Source: Welwitschia mirabilis | Lineage: Eukaryota | Direction: 5' to 3' | Assembly (NCBI GenBank): GCA_051453625.1 | Contig: JBOZIK010000001.1 | Coordinates: 5,025,464 to 5,080,888, forward strand | DNA: 55,425 bases | In this document: positions 25,855-37,522 of the stretch, in pieces | Layout: the number at the start of each line of letters is the position of its first letter | Numbering within the stretch: position 1 is the stretch's first letter | Made by a program: the position numbers and the translations under genes | Notes under the pieces: generated by a model | Database searches by the model: none | Seen by the model: only the letters and a program-made list of their open reading frames with translations | Told to the model about the DNA's origin: nothing

Positions 25855-28420
25855 ACTATTCCAAGATTTGTAAACTCCTTTATTTACTTCTTGAAAAAGA
25901 TTCTCAATTTAATTAGATAAACACTTGTTAAGATGCTTTTAAAAACTTTAAGATCACTTTCAAATCTATTATAATACTACTTAATTGGAATAAATATTAT
26001 GAACTTATGTGTGATGCTAGTAATATTGTCATTGGCTTAGTTTTGGAATTAAAACATGATAATGGATATAAAGTCATTTTCTACATTAGTAAAGCCCTTT
26101 CACTAGCCTAATTCACTTGCATTACTACTAAAAATGAAATGCTAGCTATCATATTTTATCTTGAAAAACTTTGAAACTACCTTCTTGGATTTCATACTAA
26201 TGTGTACACTGATCATGCTGTTATTAAATATCTTATGATGAAGAAAGATTCAAGCACTAGACTCATAAGATGAATAGGTTTAATGCAATAATTCAGCCTA
26301 ATCATCATAAATGAAGAAGGTAAACATGGTTGCATCATTGACTGTATTTTACATATTCCTTAAGAAAGGAGTCCCTTATATTTTTCACTTGATCTTTCTA
26401 TATAGGAGTCCTTTCTAGATGAATAATTATTTAACATCCATGAAATCCATCGTACTTCTTTAGAATATTTTACCTCTTGGTAGGATGACATTATCAATTA
26501 TTTTATCACCTTTAGAACTCTCTAACACTGTATTTCTAATCAAATAAAAACCTTTCTTCATAGAATAAAGGATTAAGAATGGATCGAACCACACCTCTAC
26601 CAATAATGTAAAGATCAATTTATGTGTAAGTGTATGCATGAATGGAAACATCATAATACCATTTCTCTTTATTATGATGAAGTATCTAGAAGTTACTTTA
26701 TTTTCCAAAAGACTATCATTAAAATTATTCATGATGGTTTTGATTAATCTCATCTTTTAAATANNNNNNNNNNNNNNNNNNNNNNNNNNNNNNNNNNNNN
26801 NNNNNNNNNNNNNNNNNNNNNNNNNNNNNNNNNNNNNNNNNNNNNNNNNNNNNNNNNNNNNNNNNNNNNNNNNNNNNNNNNNNNNNNNNNNNNNNNNNNN
26901 NNNNNNNNNNNNNNNNNNNNNNNNNNNNNNNNNNNNNNNNNNNNNNNNNNNNNNNNNNNNNNNNNNNNNNNNNNNNNNNNNNNNNNNNNNNNNNNNNNNN
27001 NNNNNNNNNNNNNNNNNNNNNNNNNNNNNNNNNNNNNNNNNNNNNNNNNNNNNNNNNNNNNNNNNNNNNNNNNNNNNNNNNNNNNNNNNNNNNNNNNNNN
27101 NNNNNNNNNNNNNNNNNNNNNNNNNNNNNNNNNNNNNCACACCTCTACCAATACTGTAACGATCAATTTATGTGTAAGTGTATGCATGAATGGAAACATC
27201 ATAATACCATTTCTCTTTGTTATGATGAAGTATCTAGAAGTTACTTTATTTTCCAAAAGACTATCATTAAAATTAGTCATGATGGTTTTGATTAATCTCA
27301 TCTTTTAAATATTCTTTCAATTTTTCTAGAAGATGTAATGCATGTCAATGTTTTGAAAGCCTAATAAAATATCATAAAATGTCACTCTAATCTATACTTT
27401 ATTTTGAACTATTTTATTATTGGGGTATTAGGTTCATTAGACCACTCAAACCATCTTCTTACAATAAATATTGTATTTGAGTAGCAATCAAATATGTGAC
27501 TAAATAGATCAAAGTAATTCCTACTCATTATAATGATGCCAAAATAGTTTGAACTTTTCTTAAATCAAATATCCTTCATAGATTTGACTTCCTAAGAATC
27601 CTANNNNNNNNNNNNNNNNNNNNNNNNNNNNNNNNNNNNNNNNNNNNNNNNNNNNNNNNNNNNNNNNNNNNNNNNNNNNNNNNNNNNNNNNNNNNNNNNN
27701 NNNAATCCTAATAAGTAATCAGAGAACTCATTTCATGAATAAAATTATTAGAAACTCCTCCTTTTAGTAGGACTTAAACATAGGATTAACAATGCTTATC
27801 ATTCATAAATAAGTGATCAAGCTGAAAATGTAAGTACAAAAATGAAGAAAATGCTTAAAAAATTTATTTCCAAAAACAAAAAATATTGGTTCTTAAAACT
27901 TAATAATGTGCTTTACATTTTTCATATTACTTGGCATAATTCAATTAGTGTCCACCTTATGAACTTATTTATGATAAAAATTATGTACTTCCAATTAATA
28001 TTTACTATGCACAATCCATCAAGTAAATATCTTGAATCATGATAATAACATCCATTATAAACTATCCCAATTACATTACTTGAATGAGAAATACAGTAGT
28101 GCCATTCATCATCAACTTGTCCACAAAGTCCAAATAAAAAGTAAGCATGCTAAAAAGCTTATTCAAAAATCTTATAAACCTATTTAATTAGTGTTACTAT
28201 ATAATACTAGAGTGCATATCTTATATTACAAGTTGATCTCTAAATTATTAGGTTCTTACCTTATTGAAAAAGTACATCTTAATGGCCTTGTTGAAATTTC
28301 TAATTTGCAAATAAAAGATATCTAAAAACCTTAATGGATAAAAAAAAAGTTTATACATTCCTTAATGATTGTACTTATGCCTCAAACATGGTAGAAATAC
28401 TAAACTTGGAAGATATTCTT
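25855..28420 (+). pseudogene. pol: C-terminal RT, RNase H and integrase of element B
   Basis: YSKICK...LLEKD; ELMCDASN; TTKNEMLAII; YLLGFHTNVYTDHAVIKYLMMKKDSSTRLIR; integrase RCNACQ, WGIRFIRP, VAIKYVTK, HRFDFLRILISN, AYHS*ISDQAEN, LGSYLIEKVHLNG. Confidence 0.88.
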
Positions 28421-31400
28421 AAGAAAAAGAGGATCGCTCCTTTACCATTTTCTAAATTTTCTCTTAGCTCCATTTCTTAATTTAAGTTATGATACTACTT
28501 TATTGTTTTTAACTTAATTCACATTTAAATTCCATATGTCTCATCACGATTAAGTAATCTCGTAATTGGGGCATTATAGTGCAAAGATTAGATTCAACCA
28601 TTCTTCAGGCATTCTGATGTTTAATCCATCTATCTTATTGATTATAATTTGTTTTATGATTAATTATGTTAATGAGATGCTTATAGATAAATCAAGTGCT
28701 TTATTCTCTTATCACTCTAATGATTAATCAATATTATTAAAAATGGAATCCCAAGACAATAAAAATAAAAGGTAGAGAGGAAAGAAAATAAAATTAAAAT
28801 TTCACCCTCCTAAAACATATGCTATAATGTCCTATTACAAGTACATCAGGGTTAATTTTGCCAAGAGCAATCTTGGTAGTAAGATATGATAACTAAGGAA
28901 TCTTTCAGAGGATCATTTCATCATGATGTAATTTTTCTTATAAATCCTTGCTTTCTTAGCCATGGTTGCACTCCTCTCATCGTGATGAATGGTAGTTTTT
29001 AACAATTTACTTAATTTTCATTTCTCCAAGTTAAAACCCTTGAGATTCATTTAATATATTAATTATTGAATGATCCACTAACCAGTGTATTATAATTACT
29101 ATAACTAAAGATGAATTGTNNNNNNNNNNNNNNNNNNNNNNNNNNNNNNNNNNNNNNNNNNNNNNNNNNNNNNNNNNNNNNNNNNNNNNNNNNNNNNNNN
29201 NNNNNNNNNNNNNNNNNNNCCTATTGCAAGTATATTAGGGTCAATTTTCCAAAAATCGACCTTGGTAGTAAGATATTGTAGCTAAGAAAGCTTTCAGAGG
29301 ATCATTTCATCGTGATGTAATTTTTCTTATAAATCCTTGCTTTCGTAGCCATGGTTGCACTTCTCTCATCATGATGAATGGTAGTTTTTAACACTTTACT
29401 TAATTTCTATTTCTCTAAGGTGAAACCCTTGAGATTCATTTAATATATTAATTATTAAATGATCCATTAACTAGTGTATTATAATTACTATAGCTANNNN
29501 NNNNNNNNNNNNNNNNNNNNNNNNNNNNNNNNNNNNNNNNNNNNNNNNNNNNNNNNNNNNNNNNNNNNNNNNNNNNNNNNNNNNNNNNNNNNNNNNNNNN
29601 NNNNNNNNNNNNNNNNNNNNNNNNNNNNNNNNNNNNNNNNNNNNNNNNNNNNNNNNNNNNNNNNNNNNNNNNNNNNNNNNNNNNNNNNNNNNNNNNNNNN
29701 NNNNNNNNNNNNNNNNNNNNNNNNNNNNNNNNNNNNNNNNNNNNNNNNNNNNNNNNNNNNNNNNNNNNNNNNNNNNNNNNNNNNNNNNNNNNNNNNNNNN
29801 NNNNNNNNNNNNNNNNNNNNNNNNNNNNNNNNNNNNNNNNNNNNNNNNNNNNNNNNNNNNNNNNNNNNNNNNNNNNNNNNNNNNNNNNNNNNNNNNNNNN
29901 NNNNNNNNNNNNNNNNNNNNNNNNNNNNNNNNNNNNNNNNNNNNNNNNNNNNNNNNNNNNNNNNNNNNNNNNNNNNNNNNNNNNNNNNNNNNNNNNNNNN
30001 NNNNNNNNNNNNNNNNNNNNNNNNNNNNNNNNNNNNNNNNNNNNNNNNNNNNNNNCAAACTAGTTAATCTTCTCCTTGTTCCATGTTGTCCATTTTTATA
30101 ATCAATTTTCTGAAAGTCATTTACTACTTTCTCACTAGAATTAGTAACAATCTTATCATTTTTTATTCTTCTATTTTAGAATTATTGAATCTTAATGTAA
30201 AATTACTATACCATTGATCATTTTCTTATGTGCAATACCTACTTATTCTCTTACACTCATCATAGATATTTTAAACATACTACCATAGCCTTTTTTACAC
30301 TCTTAGCTTCAAACTCATTTTTGTAAGTTCGCTTTTCTATTATCCCTTAGTTTCATTTATCCCTTGAACTCTTCATTTTTATAATTTCCAAGGCTGTTGT
30401 CTACCTAGTTATCTAGACAACACTAGGGATAACACTAAGAATAATTACTATGATAACAAATTTTCCACTGTAAACTTACTTTGCCTTATATTCATAAAAA
30501 GGTGATTTCTGCCTATTGTCCATCATGTCATCCAATAAATAATAGATAGGATGACATCCTTGTTACCTACTCTAATTACATCTCTTTAATGCCTTAATGA
30601 TTATCTTAAAGACTTAAAATTTTCTCATACTATACAACATTAAAATTGGAACTCCATTACCTTTTCTCTCTAAATACTACCATTGTCACCTAGTCATACT
30701 ATTAGGTTTTATCTTTAAACCTTAGTGAAGAAGATCTTGGGGCCTATTTACTTTTATGTTTACCTCCTACTTATCTTGAATTCCTCTAAAAATTACATAA
30801 TGATTCAAACACTATTATCTATTTTATTACTCAAAGAAAAATACGAATGATAGTTATTTTTCTTTAATAGTCTTCTTAGGGTTGTCTTTTAAATGATGCA
30901 ATGCATGACAACTAAAGTTATATGGTATAATCCCCTTTTCCATCTACTTTTCTTTATTTATAAATCATTTTTAACTATTTTTGAGCCAAGGGATTTGTTA
31001 TCTTTCTCTCACCAGTGCTCAAGTAGCTTCATTTTGTCAATCTTTCCTTAAAAGATCAAATTTAAGTAATTTCTCAAAATAAGATGTGTTCCAAACATAC
31101 TTCTTATTTTCACTTATTTCTCTTATTTCTCTATTGTTTTAAATGCCACTTTTAATTATAACATTTAATTTTTCATATTTGTCATTTTGGTCTAAATAGA
31201 TTTGGATTTCACTAAGGATTTTATGTNNNNNNNNNNNNNNNNNNNNNNNNNNNNNNNNNNNNNNNNNNNNNNNNNNNNNNNNNNNNNNNNNNNNNNNNNN
31301 NNNNNNNNNNNNNNNNNNNNNNNNNNTTAAATTTCACTAAGGATTTTATGTTAAATATGAATTTGCATGCTTTATAAGATAGAATTAGTTTTTATTTTTT

Positions 31401-31729
31401 AAATTTACATTTCTTTCACATGATTTGTAAAACATAGTCATAATGATAGTTAAAATAATTATCACAACAATCTTTACATTTCCACTGGATAAAAATTTTA
31501 ATTTAGATACTTTTCATTTCATGTTATTTTATGCCCGCTCTTAACATAAATTCCGTAATGTTCATGAAATTTTCAATTGCTTCATGTAAATTCGGATGAA
31601 TTCCTTTACATGAGAGGATTAAAGATAAATTTTTAAGATTTTATAATAATTTTTAATTTTTATGATGAATGTTGCATGATGGATATGGAATCACATGTTT
31701 TCTTTCTATGATATACATCTTAAGTATTT

Positions 31730-33390
31730 TTAATAGGTCCTGTACTAAGACACAATCTATATAGGCCAAGGTAAAGGTAGAAACCTTTGCACAGATGGTA
31801 ATATAATCCATTGTTATCCTAATATTTAAGAGATCTAAGCTAGTTCATCCTCTTTCTCATTATGTTAGGCCACAATCTATTTAATTAGCTCTATCAAAAT
31901 GGAGAGGAACTTTAGTAATTTCATGAGGTGACTTAATCCTAATATGGATANNNNNNNNNNNNNNNNNNNNNNNNNNNNNNNNNNNNNNNNNNNNNNNNNN
32001 NNNNNNNNNNNNNNNNNNNNNNNNNNNNNNNNNNNNNNNNNNNNNNNNNNTCATGTTATTTTATGCCCGCTCTTAACATAAATTCCATAATGTTCATGAA
32101 ATTCTCAATTTCTTCATGTAATTTTAGATGAATTCCTTTACATGAGAGGATTAAAGATAAATTTTTAAGATTTTATAAAAATTTTTAATTTTTATAGAGA
32201 AATTTTTAATTTTTATGATGAATGTTGCATGGTGGATATGGAATCACATGTTTTTTTCCTATGATATACATCTTAAGTATTTTTAACAGGTCCTGTACTA
32301 AGACACAATCTAGATAGGCCAAGGTAAACTTAGAAACCTCTGCACAAATGGTAATATGATCCATTATTATCCTAATATTTAAGAGATCTAAGCTAGTTCA
32401 TTATCTTTCTCATTCTGTTAGGCCACAATCTATTTAATTAGCTCTATCAAAATGGAAAGAAACTTTAGTAATTTCATGAGGTAACTTAATCCTAATATGG
32501 ATAATAGAAAAATTACGTTATAGTTAAGATGAACCTTAGGTTCACAAAGCACTTATTACACTTTAAGAATTCATTAGTTTTATGATTCTACGCATATGGA
32601 GATGTGATAATATGTAGATGGAAATATGGTAGAGATGATTATGGTGATGACTAATAGTTATAAGATTTTCATTATTCTAGGACACATTCATTTGGTGAGG
32701 GGATTATATGGTTTAAGCAATACATATATAAACTTTATAAATGATAAGGAGAATAGACATGCTTATAGAATGATTTTAGAAATTCCACCAAATATAGTAG
32801 GTGATAGGAGAGGAGTACTAATCACACATTTTTCATTAGCATACTAGATTCTACATTGAGTGTTAATCCATAACATCAGTCCTTCTTTTAATGATAGCTA
32901 ATACATGGTTACACATCTACACATTCTAGTAGTATTCAAGGAGGAGAATAAAATGGACTAATCTTTCTTTATACAGAGGAGGATGTGATCCATGTTAGAT
33001 GCACATCATATTTAGACACTAGGAGATGAGTAGAAAATGCTACATCTATAGAACTTTGCATGCTACATGTAGGATATGGTCATTCAAATTCTTGAAGAGC
33101 CTAAGTAACATTAGCAACAAATTCCTAGAGTAATTCTAGGATTGATTACCATTGAGCATATGCAAGAATTACTTATAAGAATCATATAGAAAGTAAGGGA
33201 GATCATCAATTAGGGATTTAAAAACATAAGAAAAAGGATGACTTCCATGAAGCATTAGATGATTGATATGAAAAAGTAGATAATAATTATGAAAAGTCAT
33301 ATTATGCAGATTGAGAAGGACATCACAATTAATCTCTTAGGGGTAGTATGATTTTAGATTAAAGAGGTTACACATATAGCATAGATAGTG
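31730..33390 (+). pseudogene. Env-like / extra 3' ORF remnant of Athila element B (start duplicated across the gap at 31951-32050)
   Basis: Lies between pol and the 3' LTR. Translated fragments TKTQSR*AK, ERNFSNF...LR*, NSLVL*FYAY resemble the LVREFYAN motif of Athila ORF2-type proteins; acidic tail near 33250. Confidence 0.45.
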
Positions 33391-33533
33391 TTGAGTTCCC
33401 ATTNNNNNNNNNNNNNNNNNNNNNNNNNNNNNNNNNNNNNNNNNNNNNNGTTCCAAGATGGAGTTTACCTTATCCCCCTAAGATGATTTATGTAGCAAGG
33501 ATTCTATAATAAATTATATTCAAATCTCAACTT

Positions 33534-33612
33534 TAATACACACATACACACATACATGTACATATTCATATACATACATACATGAATACTTAAGTATATA
33601 AATACACATACA
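33534..33612. repeat. Imperfect (CA)/(CATA) simple repeat
   Basis: atacacacatacacacatacatgtacatattcatatacatacatacat... Confidence 0.7.
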
Positions 33613-34059
33613 TTTTAGTTTATGAGTTATTATTATTTTATCTCATGATGCTTTCTTCTACATAGCATTCTAGTTTTACCTTGTTAATTTAACAAACATT
33701 TAATTTGGGATCTAATGTAAGGAAAATCATACATATTTAACATATTGCTTTAATCTATATATTTTAGGCATTTATTTACTAAGGCATAATCAATTTTTGA
33801 GTTCAAGCTATAAAAGTGAAATAAGAACAAATAAATTAGATTATTTTCAGTCCTGTTGTCTTAAGAGAAGTATCGATGATATATGGTCTTTTTATAATTT
33901 TTCATAGAAAATATTATATTGAGCTAGTGATGATAATGAACCTAAATGATGGGATCTTTCAATATAATTTATGTATTTAAATAATTATGTATCCTTACAA
34001 ATTGACCTAGAATTATCTACTTACTTTGTTAAAGACTAATAATACTAAGTAGGATACTA

Positions 34060-34733
34060 TATTGCAAGATCAAATTGGCCATATTAAATAATATATTCAA
34101 GAATGTTTTTAGGTTATTTAGATATGTTTCTTAAAGAATATAAAAACTTTTCCAAAACTTCATGATTAATATAAATTAGATAAAATTTTCCTTGTATTTG
34201 ATTTCTTTTTTATTTTAATTGAAGACTCATCTATTCTACCCTATAAGAAGATGATTAGAAGATAACTATAGCATTACCTTGGGAGTACTTCCCTCACAAT
34301 GATCATGACAAGTTTCACATGAGTTATAGAAGGTATAAGAGATAAATTTGATCATGAAAAAAATATCAAAGTTTAAAATCGTACTTAGATATGATGATCA
34401 AAGGTAATGGAGGTAAAAACAATGTGTAATTCACCCCATCATCTAAATGATACTACTAGAGCATTGATAAAGATTCTCAAACAAAAAGATCCAAATTTAA
34501 AATAATTGTTCATGTTAACATTCTAATGATACCATGGATGACATATCAGTAAAATCATCATCAGGTAGTTATGTCTCATGTGTATTTAGGTAATTAAGAG
34601 TATCATCCATCTTGTTGTTTATATGATAGTAAGAGAAACACTCAAAATACTAAAATCTAACAAGTGTTAGATGTTACTCTTATCCACCTAGTCATTTAGA
34701 TAATTATCATGTCTCAATTTCTTGTAAGATTAG
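34060..34733 (+). repeat. Truncated 3' LTR of element B (first ~670 bp)
   Basis: Colinear with 14312-~14985 (e.g. aagactcatctattctacc, tatcaaagtttaaaatc, tgatactactaga); homology stops after aagatta. Confidence 0.82.
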
Positions 34734-36365
34734 AAAACCTTCCTAGTCATTTAGATAGTTAATTAAATTTTGGAATTTAATGATAATAATTCTAATTTTA
34801 GGTTATTAAAAATAATAATATTTGTGATAAATGTAATAGAAAAACTAAAGTATTTGCATTTTTTTACTTTAGAGTTTATTAAAAGATTAACTACAATTAC
34901 TACCTTTAGTTAATTAACTGAAAGATTAAGTTAATTATGGAGTTTACTATTGATTATGCCTAAGTTTTATTTACTATAGTGAAAATTTGAATACTTGGTT
35001 TATTTTAGGACTTAACTACATTTTCGATATAGATTTTTGTTATCTATATCTTATTCATGTAATAGTAATGATATGTAATCTAAAGTATTTTCTCATGTTA
35101 TTTATCTCATGCATTTAAAATTTATTTATGAGATTATTATACTATTATTTACACCTATTGGTCAAGCTTGGAAAGAATGGGTTATGGGAATCTAAACTGT
35201 CTATAGAACTTAAGCCTTATCATTAGTCTTATTGTTAGTTTTTTGTTATAAATACCTAAGTCCCTCAGTCATTACAGTTATAGATACATACCTTGCAAAT
35301 TGTATTTGTGTGAAGCTAAAATACAACTAGGAAAATTTTGGATTTTTAGCTATGAATAGGTGTGGTCCCTAACTTTCTCTTGTAAATACTTATGTGGATT
35401 TAATTTTGTATTGCATGATTTAATTTATATGAATTATCATGCTTGCTTAAAATGATTGAATCTTTGAAAGATTTTGTTTAAGTATATTGTTAGTCTTGGA
35501 GTTTGTAATTCTTTCCATTATGTGTATTTCTTATATCGTGATTCTTGTAATCTTGCCTATTTTTCTAACCTTATTTGGATAAAATCCTTATTTACAACTA
35601 GTTGTAAAGTGTTTATGGATAACTTGTGCTTTGTTGACCATGACTTGATGATAAATAAAAAACTTAAAACTAACTAGGATAAGTAGTTATTTATTCTTCA
35701 GGGAGTAATACTCTCTATTATGAGTCTTGAGGCTGTAGGACTAAAGTTCCAAAAAGAAAAAGAAAAAATAAGGCCTAATTACCATTTGTCACTTCTGGTT
35801 TTGTGCAACGTTTTTACTTAATTATGTTGTGAATGAATAGTAAAGAAGATAATACTAACTGATGTGGAGTCTTGATTTTGTCTTAGTTATCTAGATGTTT
35901 CTCTACTTCATGTCTTGGTAACCTAATTCCAACCTGATTCTTATTGTGGGTCATACTAGTAACTATGATAGAATATAGTTCTTACACCATTTATGCATGT
36001 GTAGAAACTATTGTAACTGATGATGTAGGAAAGAACTAATGGTTGCATGTAGTTGGATGTCATCTATTGATTTAATTTAGTTATATTTTACTAGTTGTAT
36101 TTGGCTGAGACATACATATATCAAATTATGATGTTATAGTTGAGTGAAATAAATAATTTACCATTTCCTTAAAAATTGTTATTATTAATTCTTATGTAAA
36201 TTTTCATGTTCAAGATTAAATCTTTCCCTTAGATATCTATTTTCTTCAAAAAGCATTTTACATAAAACCCATGGATAATAATGATTAATTGATAGTTATT
36301 TATTAGTAAAAATTTAATTAATATTAATTCATCAATTATTTCTTATATAAGTAATATTAAGTAAA

Positions 36366-36430
36366 GCTATAGCTTCATGGTTAAGTTAATTGAATGTTAA
36401 TCTAGAGGTTAGGCATTCAAGCCCTTAGAC
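36366..36430 (+). other. Degenerate tRNA-like / SINE-like RNA Pol III A-box and B-box remnant
   Basis: TAGCTTCATGGTTAAG (A-box-like) and GAGGTTAGGCATTCAAGCCC (decayed GTTCGA B-box) at tRNA-like spacing; no full cloverleaf evident. Confidence 0.4.
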
Positions 36431-37522
36431 ATGTATTTATCTTAAAATTCTATAATGATGTTCTAATAAATTTAATGAAGTTATTAAATAAGAGATTCCT
36501 TCCCCCTTATTTGTTTCCTTGAGTATTAAAAAATATGATATATTATAAAATTATTAAAAAGCATCTACTCTATTAGTACTGCCAACCTGCCTCTTCTTTT
36601 TATGGTTTCTAAGAGAACCATGCCTTAAATTCCATTGTCCTTACAAATCCATAGGCACATCTTCTAAACAAGCCATCTCCTTCATATCCAACACACTCTG
36701 TCCAAGTTACGACAGATGTCTAAACATCAAAAATATTATCATATTTAATGATATTGATAGCTATTCATTCCTTCTTCCTTCCATTGTAGATTTTCAAGGA
36801 AGACAGGGTTTGATTTTTTTGCACTTTTAAATACTAACACACACTCTTCATGAATGAAGGGCTATAACATGAAATGTTATACATACTTCTTCTTGCAGAT
36901 GAACATGATTACACTTCTTCTACTAGGGTTTCAGTTGCCTCTCTTTAGTTAACTCATCAATTAATGTCAAACCCTTCTCTCTCAATGTAGCTCCCATGCC
37001 ATGCATGCAAGCTTGTATAGCGTATGCTTGCCACCTTCCTTCATGCACATCATGTGAACATTATATCCCTTGGTATTCATGTGGTGTAAATTCCAATTTA
37101 CTTCCTTTTCCATGTTTTACTTTTAAGAGCTACATAGTTTAATTGATAACTACCTTGTATGAAAATGTAGTAAGAATTAATTTTAGTTATCAAAGTAGCT
37201 TAAGTAATTGCAATATTGAAATTGAAGTAACAACTATGAGGTCACATGATTAATTCTTAGAAATATCATTTTATTATTAGGGTATTATTCTTCCTCTTCA
37301 TTAATGAACTCTTAATTGATCAAGATGAAATAAGATAGATTCCTTATAAGTAACCATATTGNNNNNNNNNNNNNNNNNNNNNNNNNNNNNNNNNNNNNNN
37401 NNNNNNNNNNNNNNNNNNNNNNNNNNNNNNNNNNNNNNNNNNNNNNNNNNNNNNNNNNNNNTTAGGATATTATTCTTCCTCTTTATTATTAGGATATTAT
37501 TCTTCCTTATAAGTGACCATAT

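Larger units (their letters stand above)
14312..34733 (+). mobile_element. Element B: large degenerate Athila-type Ty3/gypsy element with nested element C and a truncated 3' LTR
   Basis: 5' LTR 14312-15664 is homologous to 34060-~34733. It has a tRNA-Asp PBS, gag-PR-RT-RH-INT in order, and a long post-pol region with an env-like remnant. Confidence 0.88.

Noticed and set aside
26460..27301. Repeated minus-strand ORF MRLIKTIM(N/T)NFNDSLLENK as a duplicated gene
   Set aside because: It is the antisense of B's integrase zinc-finger region, duplicated across an assembly gap.
36366..36430. Functional tRNA gene
   Set aside because: No acceptor or anticodon stem could be folded and the B-box is mutated; kept only as a remnant.
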